Both the position numbers and the translations under genes were made by a program. Shown in pieces: positions 33,472 through 40,770 of a stretch of 40,770 nucleotides of DNA. Location of the stretch: the sequence record MN850570.1. The stretch is one strand, 5' to 3'. This DNA is from Escherichia phage mellemsur. Below the pieces are notes generated by a model. That model did not search any database and was not told the DNA's origin. It saw nothing but the letters and a program-made list of their open reading frames with translations. Within the stretch, counting starts at the first letter, position 1; every line of letters begins with the position of its first letter.

Positions 33472-35933
33472 AATGCGATACCCTTACTCGTCAGGAATTG
33501 TCTCTTAAACTCCAGCACTTCATCGGCTGTCGTCTCTACGTGGTGCTTCTCGTACATGCTTGGCCCTGCTTCCACCTCTGCCGGGAACGGCACTGTCAGG
33601 TTATACTCTGGCCATACGTGGTTATAGTATTCCGGGATGCTCTCCATGATTGCCTTGAGTCCAACGAAGAACTCGTGAGGGCAGTCAGGTGCAATGTCGA
33701 AATAGAATGCGTCATGCACTTGGTTGATGGGAACCACACGCCCACCAAAGAAGTCGTTCGATAGCAGCCAGCGGAACAGCAGGCCACCGATTCCCTGTAC
33801 CCAAAATGCGGTCTCACCCTGAATCGGGTAGTTACGCATCTGAGTTGGTTTGTATTCCATCAGGTGAGCACGCGCCGCCTTGTTCCATTTCTCGTACTGA
33901 CGGAATGAATAACAAGTTCCACCCGGCGACCGGAAGTGACCACGGCGATACACCTGCCATCTTCCGTTCTCGTCCTGCTCCTTGAACACATTGCTCTGTC
34001 CACTTTTCTCCACGGCTGGGAAGATAACCGAGTCGAACCATTCTTCAACTTCCGGGAACAGACCCTTCTCGTTGTCGATGAACGCTTGAGCTTCTTCCTC
34101 AGAGCAACCAGTCGAGTACGCAATGCCTCGCGCTGTTGCACCATACTGATATGAGAACGCCTTCGGCTTAATGTCAGTACGCATCTGACTATATCGTGCA
34201 TGGTCAGGATGGGATTCATCCTTGCACTTCTTAAGCACGTCCTCGTATGGCTCGTTGAGCTGAGCTGACAGACGCATACAGTGCATGTCGATACCGTCGA
34301 GCAATGCACGAATCAGGTTCTTATCCTTGCTGAACCCGGCCAGCCCCACCACTTCCAGTGCCGAGTAGTCAGCCTCAACGATGCGGCCACCTTCACCAAA
34401 GCGGGAGGTGAACATCTGCTTAACTTTACTCGTGCCTTTACGTGGCAAGTTCTGACTGTTAGGTCGCGCCGATGATAGGCGCGTCGTCTCCGTCGCGGTC
34501 ATGTTGATGGTGTGGTGTACGATACTGTCCGGCTGGATGAACTGCATCATCCCCGACTGGCCAGTCACGTTCCCTTCTTCATCGAACGTCTCGCTCAGGT
34601 AGTAAGTGCCGAGGTCTTTCTGTGCCTTGGCTCGGTCGGCAATCTCCACCACGCCGGGAATCTTACGCGCTGCCAGAATGTCCAGCACCTCACCCGCCGT
34701 ACTGAATACCGGACTGCCATCGGCAAGCCTGCGCTTACCAACCCAGTCACCCGTGCGCCGCAGGTATTCGCCCGGTCGCTTCGGGTCTTCCCATTCGAGG
34801 TTGTCTGCAATCTCCTTCGCTCGTTTATCCTGCACACGCAGGAGGCCCGGCATTCGGAACAGCACCTCACCCCACTTGGTATCCACTTCATCCGTTGCCA
34901 GCTTCTCAAACTTGGGCGCACCCTTGTTCTTCCCGCTGGTGTAGATGGTCTGGTGTACCTTCTCAACCGGGTCATACCATAGCCCGGTCTCGGCATCCCA
35001 CTCGCACTCGTTGGTATGCTTGACCCACTTGTCCTTGCCACGCTTGAACAGTGGTGCATCCACCTTGACGTAAATGAGATTGCCATCCCCATCCCGGCGC
35101 TCGACTCGCGCCTTGTACTTCATCACGCCGCCGAACACGAACGCACTCATGTGGTAAGCTGACGTGAACTTGAACTGGTCACGCGCTTCCTGTGGCATGT
35201 CGGCTGGCAGGTAACTCAGCAGCGTATCAGTCAGCCCACTGATTGCATCTTGCAACTCACGGCGGTTGCGCTCGGCAACCTCGCGGTCAACGTGCAGACC
35301 AGCGTGCATCATGTACGCCCACATGAGCATACCTTCGAACCGGGTCAGTGCCATTGGCAACATGCCCTGCTTCGTCAGCTCAGCCCACTGACCAACGAAC
35401 AGCTTGGTCGTGTTCTCGATATCGCCGGACGGCCCGGACAGATATTCGCTCAGCAGCTCAGGGTCAATCTGGCTGGTCAGGTATCCCGACTCCCACATTG
35501 CCTTGACTGCATCCACCTTGTGAGTACCACCATACTTCGGTGCTGTCTCGTTCAAGGATGGGTACTGGGATTGCTGATGCGTCAGCAGGTACTCAGCATA
35601 CGCGGTACAGAATACACGGCCACCTCGTTTGAGGAAGGCAATGAACTCGTCACCGTAATGCTCGAACCACCAGCTCAATTCATACGGCGCGTTGTGAGCT
35701 ACCAGAATGTTCGTGTCAGGATGCAGGTGCAGACTCTTGTTCTGCAACCAGTCCTCACGAGAACTGTACCGATACTCCTCGCGCTCGTAGAATACCCAGC
35801 CATCCTTGGTCAGCACACAGTCACGCTGGCCCTGCATAACCACATAGTTATCCGGGCAGCGCGGCGATGCCAGCTCCCCATACCACTCATGGTTCTCAGT
35901 CTCAACGTCGATTACCTGTGCTCTTATTGCCAT
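33468..35933 (-). CDS. DNA polymerase, family A
   Basis: 821 aa; DYSALEV (motif A), K-x-x-F-x-YQYG (motif B), QVHDA (motif C). Confidence 0.9.
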   Translation of the reverse strand: MAIRAQVIDVETENHEWYGELASPRCPDNYVVMQGQRDCVLTKDGWVFYEREEYRYSSREDWLQNKSLHLHPDTNILVAHNAPYELSWWFEHYGDEFIAFLKRGGRVFCTAYAEYLLTHQQSQYPSLNETAPKYGGTHKVDAVKAMWESGYLTSQIDPELLSEYLSGPSGDIENTTKLFVGQWAELTKQGMLPMALTRFEGMLMWAYMMHAGLHVDREVAERNRRELQDAISGLTDTLLSYLPADMPQEARDQFKFTSAYHMSAFVFGGVMKYKARVERRDGDGNLIYVKVDAPLFKRGKDKWVKHTNECEWDAETGLWYDPVEKVHQTIYTSGKNKGAPKFEKLATDEVDTKWGEVLFRMPGLLRVQDKRAKEIADNLEWEDPKRPGEYLRRTGDWVGKRRLADGSPVFSTAGEVLDILAARKIPGVVEIADRAKAQKDLGTYYLSETFDEEGNVTGQSGMMQFIQPDSIVHHTINMTATETTRLSSARPNSQNLPRKGTSKVKQMFTSRFGEGGRIVEADYSALEVVGLAGFSKDKNLIRALLDGIDMHCMRLSAQLNEPYEDVLKKCKDESHPDHARYSQMRTDIKPKAFSYQYGATARGIAYSTGCSEEEAQAFIDNEKGLFPEVEEWFDSVIFPAVEKSGQSNVFKEQDENGRWQVYRRGHFRSPGGTCYSFRQYEKWNKAARAHLMEYKPTQMRNYPIQGETAFWVQGIGGLLFRWLLSNDFFGGRVVPINQVHDAFYFDIAPDCPHEFFVGLKAIMESIPEYYNHVWPEYNLTVPFPAEVEAGPSMYEKHHVETTADEVLEFKRQFLTSKGIAL

Positions 35934-35943
35934 TCATCCCCCG

Positions 35944-36627
35944 CTATGCTGTGCCACCCAAATGGTCTGGCATACGATTGACGTATGCTTCGATGCGCTC
36001 GCGGTGTGTCTCGTGCTTCTCCAGCATGTAGGCCACACGACTCAGGCTGGCATCCGGTCGGCAGACACGGAGAGTCAGCAGGTCGTCGTAGCTTTCAACC
36101 AGACTGGCCAGCGCCGGATACCACTGCACGTCCTCGGCTGTTAGCTTCGGCTCGTACGGGTACGCCATGAACTCACCGGGGTCACGGCTGTACTGCCCGG
36201 AGTATCGCGGGATACTGGACGGGAAGTAGAACTGGTTCAGGTTGAAGTCGAACTCGCTCAGCACCTGTGACCAGCAGCCACATTTACTAATGATGATGTC
36301 AACCGGGCCGAGCTTGAACACACCGTACAGACGGGAACCGAAGTCGCCGCCCTCGGCTGCGTCGTGGTAGCTTGGCATGTACTCATACGGCAGGTTGTGC
36401 TGCTTGGCGTACGCTTCGAGGTTGGTGTCCAACCATTCGAGTCTGCCGACCACACGGCTTACATCCCCACCCCAACCAAAGACCACGATGTCATAGTCCT
36501 TCGGCTCAACACCCAGCGCTGTATCCCTTGCCCCTCCCCCGGCAACCACAAAGTTCAGCTCATGTGATTGCAGCAGACGGCAGATGTCCTCTGCCCATAC
36601 GCGCTTGACTTCTGCATTACTTATCAT
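35944..36627 (-). CDS. Pol-beta-superfamily nucleotidyltransferase, CCA-adding-enzyme/poly(A)-polymerase head-domain-like
   Basis: FVVAGGGARDTALGVEPKDYDIVV matches GG-x-x-RD-x-x-LG...KD-x-D-x-VV signature of class II tRNA nucleotidyltransferases; only 227 aa. Confidence 0.6.
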   Translation of the reverse strand: MISNAEVKRVWAEDICRLLQSHELNFVVAGGGARDTALGVEPKDYDIVVFGWGGDVSRVVGRLEWLDTNLEAYAKQHNLPYEYMPSYHDAAEGGDFGSRLYGVFKLGPVDIIISKCGCWSQVLSEFDFNLNQFYFPSSIPRYSGQYSRDPGEFMAYPYEPKLTAEDVQWYPALASLVESYDDLLTLRVCRPDASLSRVAYMLEKHETHRERIEAYVNRMPDHLGGTA

Positions 36628-36808
36628 GCTTCTGTTTCCCCTTGCGATAAGTGAAGTTCACCACTGCCACCACATCAGCAGGCGGCACATTGAAACGTTC
36701 GGCCAGCGCCTCGGCACCACGGAACGCATCACCCTTCCGGTACTGCGCCCGGATGGTTGCTTGCTCACGTTGGTTTAAGGGTGCCGCTCGATACGTGCGT
36801 TCTTCCAT
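36617..36808 (-). CDS. hypothetical small basic protein
   Basis: 63-aa ORF; overlaps NTase start. Confidence 0.4.
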   Translation of the reverse strand: MEERTYRAAPLNQREQATIRAQYRKGDAFRGAEALAERFNVPPADVVAVVNFTYRKGKQKHDK

Positions 36809-36928
36809 ACTGCTTTACTCCACACTTTTCACATTCGTAAATCACCAGCGTCTTGCCAGTGGCCTTGCCCTTGGTCTGCTCAGCCAGCAGACTGCCGCCG
36901 CAAGAGCAACGGCGATAGCTGCGGCCCC

Positions 36929-37291
36929 TCACCACTTACTCGGCACGCTGCCGGGCAGGTAGCTGGTCGTCGGCTTACGCTCAACGTACTGGTTGTACAC
37001 TGACATGGCATCACACGCTGCTTGGTACAGACGCTCAGCCTCAGCGTAGCTCCAGTCCTCGGCAGTCGCCTCCGGTTCAGGCGTGGCTGCTACATGCGGT
37101 GCGTCACCAATCAGCGCCCACGACGCATGGCGTGCAGTCCACGAGCCACTGATACCAGAACCACGCGCACCATCGTCGCGGTCAATGCTCACGTACTTGT
37201 CGTTGATGTCAACCACAGTACCCTTCGCACCGTAATGCACACTGCGTGCATCAATGTTTACTACTCGGTCGCCTACCTTCAAATGGCTCAT
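36929..37291 (-). CDS. hypothetical protein with KOW/SH3-like N-terminal motif
   Basis: 120 aa; KVGDRVVNIDARSVHYGAKGTVV resembles KOW motif; overlaps helicase stop. Confidence 0.45.
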   Translation of the reverse strand: MSHLKVGDRVVNIDARSVHYGAKGTVVDINDKYVSIDRDDGARGSGISGSWTARHASWALIGDAPHVAATPEPEATAEDWSYAEAERLYQAACDAMSVYNQYVERKPTTSYLPGSVPSKW

Positions 37292-38556
37292 TACATGTCC
37301 TCGTATTGGCAGCGGTCAGCAAAGAAGTGTACCTGCGACCGCACGTTGCTTGGACGCCCAGCAATCTGGCGTTTGTTCTTCGGCGTACTGACACCGCGCC
37401 GCGCCGCCAGTGATGGGTCATCCACACTGCCGAGCATCACGATAACATCAGTCGCCCCTTGGATACCAGTCTTGGAATCCTTGAGCGCATCCAGTGCCGG
37501 GAACATATCATCGGCACCATCAGCAGATACCTGAACCGTAGCCAGTGACACGAAGTTGTGTCGCACTGCCAGCTCACGTACCTCCTGCCATAGCTGCTCA
37601 ACCTGACTCGCCTTGTTGCTCGACGGGTCAGACACAGACAGCTTGAAGTTGGCAAGCATATCCCACACCACGATGCACGGGTTCATCGCTTCGATAACCT
37701 GCTCAGCTTTTGCCAGCGTCGCGCCGTGCATATCCTTCACACGAATCACATTGGCTGGCGCACCCAGTGCCTTGGCGTACGCAGCGTGCAGCTTGCTCCT
37801 GTCCTCACCCAGCTCTTTCAGTTCCGGGAGCGTACAGTTGAGCGCCGCCTGATAGATGCGCGGGATGATGTTGATGCCCTGCCCTTCGTTGTTGAACCAC
37901 AGGATTGGTCTGCCCGGATACAGCTTCGCCGCTGTCGCCGCCATTCGCGTAAGGTTAAACGCGATGAAGCTGGTCTTCCCACTGTCAGGTCGGGCAGCGA
38001 TTGCAACGGAGTCGCCGGGAAGCAGTACGCGTACGCTATCTTGCAGACACATGAGACCGAACTTAAAACCTTGGTCATCATCAGTGCGATTAATAATGTC
38101 AACCACATCGTCATCGACGTAATCGGTAACTGATGATTGGCCCCGACTGCGGCGTGCGCCCTCAGCCAGACGGCCAAGCTCATAGATAATATCCAGTTCT
38201 TCACCATTGTCGTACCTCTGCATCAGCAGGTTCGCACGGCCAGCGGTGTCCAACTCTACGAGCTGGTCAAGGATGCCTTCCTTCTGTTCCTTCGTGGGCT
38301 GATACTCTTTGAGCTGAGCACACAGGGAATCAAAGGCCGCCATCTGTTCAGGCGTGCTGCCTGTCTTTAAACGAACGTGCGTACCCAGTGTCTCAATGTC
38401 AATGAAGTCACTGTCCGGGAACGCGTCAAAGTATGAGCCGTAAGCACGCAGCATATAGCCCGTGGTCTGGCTCATGGTATCTTCCGGGATGGCGTGTCGC
38501 AGGGAGTTATACTTCCCGCGCTCGCGCATCACCGTTAACAACAGCTTGTCAAGCAC
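37291..38556 (-). CDS. replicative DNA helicase (DnaB/gp4-like)
   Basis: 421 aa; Walker A AIAARPDSGKTSF; adjacent to putative primase. Confidence 0.7.
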   Translation of the reverse strand: MLDKLLLTVMRERGKYNSLRHAIPEDTMSQTTGYMLRAYGSYFDAFPDSDFIDIETLGTHVRLKTGSTPEQMAAFDSLCAQLKEYQPTKEQKEGILDQLVELDTAGRANLLMQRYDNGEELDIIYELGRLAEGARRSRGQSSVTDYVDDDVVDIINRTDDDQGFKFGLMCLQDSVRVLLPGDSVAIAARPDSGKTSFIAFNLTRMAATAAKLYPGRPILWFNNEGQGINIIPRIYQAALNCTLPELKELGEDRSKLHAAYAKALGAPANVIRVKDMHGATLAKAEQVIEAMNPCIVVWDMLANFKLSVSDPSSNKASQVEQLWQEVRELAVRHNFVSLATVQVSADGADDMFPALDALKDSKTGIQGATDVIVMLGSVDDPSLAARRGVSTPKNKRQIAGRPSNVRSQVHFFADRCQYEDM

Positions 38557-38557
38557 A

Positions 38558-39268
38558 TCACTCTCCTACGATTTGCACACGCCCAACGACACGCAGCTCC
38601 CGGCGTATGCGCTGAGCACTTGGGTGGTGGCAGATAACCACGAGGTTGTATCCATACGCCAGCGTCACACTGACCAGCGCCTGCAACGTTGAGTCGTCCA
38701 CGTTGGGAACGAACGCGCAGTTGCCGCCGTCGCGTACCTGCTGGAGATACTCGTCCACCTCACCATAAATCCAGAGGCAGTTGGTCTCAGCATTACCACG
38801 AGGGCTGACCTTCATTGCCAAGCTGTGCTTGTGCGGCGAGCGCCACGGGATGAACTGCCTGCCCGTGTAGTCCAGACCACAGTAACTGCCCGTGTCGTCC
38901 GGCAGATACAGCCTGCCATACGTTGGGCTTGCAGTCAGGATAGACAGGTGCGGCATCAGGTTCTCCCGCTCCAGCACTGGCAGTAGCAAGCGCGGCTGCT
39001 TGGCAATCACCTCAGTGATAGGCACCACATCCGTTGGCACCTTCACTTGCACCTCCGCTGGCGGCACGTACACAGCATGGGTTAAGTCATGCTTGCGGCT
39101 ATACCCACAGCGGTGGCACTTGCACCAGATGTAATCCGGCGCACGACCGTACTCGAAGTTGGTCTTGTTGAATGACCGCGAGCAACTGTGAAACGTCCTT
39201 CGCTTTTGTCCTACTGGCAGACGCTTCGCCAGCTCCGGCCACTCGTCGTTGCTCACTGATTTCATCAT
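38558..39268 (-). CDS. putative DNA primase (zinc-ribbon)
   Basis: 236 aa; Cys4 pattern HSCSRSF...CKCHRCGY near N-terminus; position directly upstream of helicase. Confidence 0.45.
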   Translation of the reverse strand: MMKSVSNDEWPELAKRLPVGQKRRTFHSCSRSFNKTNFEYGRAPDYIWCKCHRCGYSRKHDLTHAVYVPPAEVQVKVPTDVVPITEVIAKQPRLLLPVLERENLMPHLSILTASPTYGRLYLPDDTGSYCGLDYTGRQFIPWRSPHKHSLAMKVSPRGNAETNCLWIYGEVDEYLQQVRDGGNCAFVPNVDDSTLQALVSVTLAYGYNLVVICHHPSAQRIRRELRVVGRVQIVGE

Positions 39269-39705
39269 TCGTTATCCCAGTCCGGTATGTACTGAATCTT
39301 CTTCTTCATCTTCACGCTGGCTACAACTTGCAGCACACGGACAGTACCTCCGTTCCGCTCTGCCAAACGTTCAGCTTCGTCACGCGCCTCGCGCTCAGTG
39401 ATGTGCTCAACCTTCGGCGGCGCATTACTGCCTTCGACCAAGCACATGAACCGACCACGCTTCTCTGCTGGCGTGCTGACCAGACTGGTGTTGTCCTCCA
39501 GCCAATCAGATTTGTAGTGGCTGATATCCGGCTGCGCATTGAGGCGCTCACCAATCCAGCTCACGATGTAACGAGTCTCCCCGCTACGTTCCCACGCTCG
39601 GCGGTCAGGGTTAACCCACGCGATGATACCCAGCTTACCTGACCGGGTGCCAGTGCCATCGTCGCCTACGATTTCATCCCCGACTTTATACTTTGGCTTC
39701 ACCAT
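39265..39705 (-). CDS. hypothetical protein
   Basis: 146-aa ORF; N-terminal KVGDEIV segment. Confidence 0.45.
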   Translation of the reverse strand: MVKPKYKVGDEIVGDDGTGTRSGKLGIIAWVNPDRRAWERSGETRYIVSWIGERLNAQPDISHYKSDWLEDNTSLVSTPAEKRGRFMCLVEGSNAPPKVEHITEREARDEAERLAERNGGTVRVLQVVASVKMKKKIQYIPDWDNE

Positions 39706-39902
39706 TTAATCCACCTCCGGCTCTGGCCTACACTCAGGCTCAACTGCATCAGACCCCAGCCCACCAGCATACCGAGCAGCGTGCCCAGTGTTGAAGTGGC
39801 TGACTCACCGACAGCAGGGATAAGCACCAGTGATGCAAGACCTACCCACAATGCTCCCCAAATAATAACCAGAAGTAGGAACAACAATATTACTTTGAAC
39901 AT
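39699..39902 (-). CDS. small membrane protein
   Basis: 67 aa, two hydrophobic helices; GAGGTG Shine-Dalgarno. Confidence 0.5.
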   Translation of the reverse strand: MFKVILLFLLLVIIWGALWVGLASLVLIPAVGESATSTLGTLLGMLVGWGLMQLSLSVGQSRRWIKW

Positions 39903-39923
39903 AGTTCACCTCACGTTGGCCAA

Positions 39924-39938
39924 TATAGACACCTTCAT
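39924..39938 (+). promoter_or_regulatory. partial third copy of conserved element (plus tatagacaccttcat), preceded by hairpin 39940-39964
   Basis: 14/15 match to core of elements A/B; located about 21 nt upstream (gene direction) of ATG at 39902; 7-bp stem atgcctg/caggcat. Confidence 0.3.
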
Positions 39939-39974
39939 AATGCCTGCTAAATAATAACAGGCATGAGTAGATGA

Positions 39975-40166
39975 CTACGCCGGAATAACATTACGCACTA
40001 TACGTTGCAGGTCTTCGAGTTTACTCTCGGCCTCCCACTTTGTATCACGTACAGCCAAAGGTTTATTCGGCTGGAGTTTATTAACAACCCACCAGAATAA
40101 TCCGGTGGGTGATTTGATTACGGCCAGCTTAGTGTCGCGTTGCATTCTTCGACTCCAGCATTGCAC
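39975..40166 (-). CDS. hypothetical small protein
   Basis: 63-aa ORF overlapping 3' end of upstream gene; uncertain. Confidence 0.3.
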   Translation of the reverse strand: MQCWSRRMQRDTKLAVIKSPTGLFWWVVNKLQPNKPLAVRDTKWEAESKLEDLQRIVRNVIPA

Positions 40167-40641
40167 GAATCATTTCTTCAACGTTACCCTTGAGGGTACG
40201 AATCGTTGCGTCAATGAACTCACCCACGAACAGCAGACCCAGCGCAGTCTCGCTGATATCCTTCGGCACGTTGGCGCACGCCATGTACCAGTCGTGATAC
40301 TGCTCAGCAATATCCTTGCTCGACATGGCCTGCGCCGCCAGCTTGCCAGCCAGACGCAGCTCGACCTGTGCTTCTTCGTCGCCAGCAGCCTGCGCCACTC
40401 GCATGTTCATGCCGATGATGACGCTGACATTGCGAGCCAGCAGCGCACCGGTACGAGTGGCCGGAATAATATCCAGCGCCGCCTCTTTACCAGCACGCAC
40501 CGCGCCGATGTAGCTTTGCTTCGGCATGTACCCGCCTTTGTACTCAATGATTTCACTGAGCATCGGCTCGCTGTCGATGTGGTCGGCCAGCATTTTAATC
40601 ACGGCCAACTGCTGAGGGTTAAATGTTTTGAAGTCAATCAT
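40129..40641 (-). CDS. hypothetical protein
   Basis: 170-aa ORF; start overlaps stop of upstream partial gene (ATGA). Confidence 0.5.
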   Translation of the reverse strand: MIDFKTFNPQQLAVIKMLADHIDSEPMLSEIIEYKGGYMPKQSYIGAVRAGKEAALDIIPATRTGALLARNVSVIIGMNMRVAQAAGDEEAQVELRLAGKLAAQAMSSKDIAEQYHDWYMACANVPKDISETALGLLFVGEFIDATIRTLKGNVEEMIRAMLESKNATRH

Positions 40642-40770
40642 TTGTTATCACCTTTTAAAATGCGCACGGTGAACTCGTCGTCCTCGTACGCCTGCCACTC
40701 ACGTTCAGGGCCATGCCCCAGTTTGGTAACAACCAGTCGGCTGCCGTCATATTCCTCGGCACCGATGCGC
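40638..40770 (-). CDS. hypothetical protein, C-terminal fragment (gene starts beyond window end)
   Basis: minus frame open from window edge (...RIGAEEYDGSRLVVTKLGHGPEREWQAYEDDEFTVRILKGDNK) to TGA overlapping next ATG. Confidence 0.4.
   Translation of the reverse strand, partial: RIGAEEYDGSRLVVTKLGHGPEREWQAYEDDEFTVRILKGDNK

Noticed and set aside
1-40770. tRNA genes, integrase/excisionase, lysogeny module
   Set aside because: No tRNA-like T-loop/acceptor patterns or recombinase motifs recognised by eye; gene content is that of a strictly lytic T7-like phage. A formal tRNA scan was not possible.

Overview
This window is a near-complete genome of a lytic T7-supergroup podophage (Autographiviridae-type), read in reverse: essentially every credible gene is on the minus strand and tightly packed, often with overlapping stop/start codons. 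Going from high to low coordinates: small hypothetical genes, a putative primase and DnaB-like helicase, a CCA-adding-enzyme-like nucleotidyltransferase, family A DNA polymerase, 5'-3' exonuclease, endonuclease VII, a cluster of phosphoesterases (metallophosphoesterase with HTH, kinase-less Pnk-type 3'-phosphatase, dATP/dGTP diphosphohydrolase-like protein), then a single-subunit RNA polymerase placed immediately upstream of the structural block (phiKMV-like arrangement rather than T7-like early placement). The structural block is portal, scaffold, major capsid, tail tubular A/B, three internal virion proteins, beta-helix tailspike, small and large terminase, followed by a lysis cassette (lipoprotein with C-terminal TMD, holin-like membrane protein, GH108 endolysin) ending at 4436. 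Between the last late gene and the first early genes (about 3300-4430) lies the presumed genome terminus: a roughly 470-nt T-depleted repeat tract, an AT-rich segment with direct repeats, and four tandem sigma70-like promoters driving early genes at 2909 down to 1. The window therefore spans the joined genome ends (circular or concatemer-derived assembly). Codon usage looks E. coli-like, so an enterobacterial host is inferred. No tRNA, integrase or CRISPR was recognised. Most interesting: a possible RNA/DNA end-healing toolkit (NTase plus stand-alone 3'-phosphatase plus metallophosphoesterase), a conserved T7/SP6-promoter-like element present in opposite orientations, a candidate unimolecular spanin, and tandem acidic early paralogs. 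All product calls rest on motif recognition by eye and on synteny; no database search was run.
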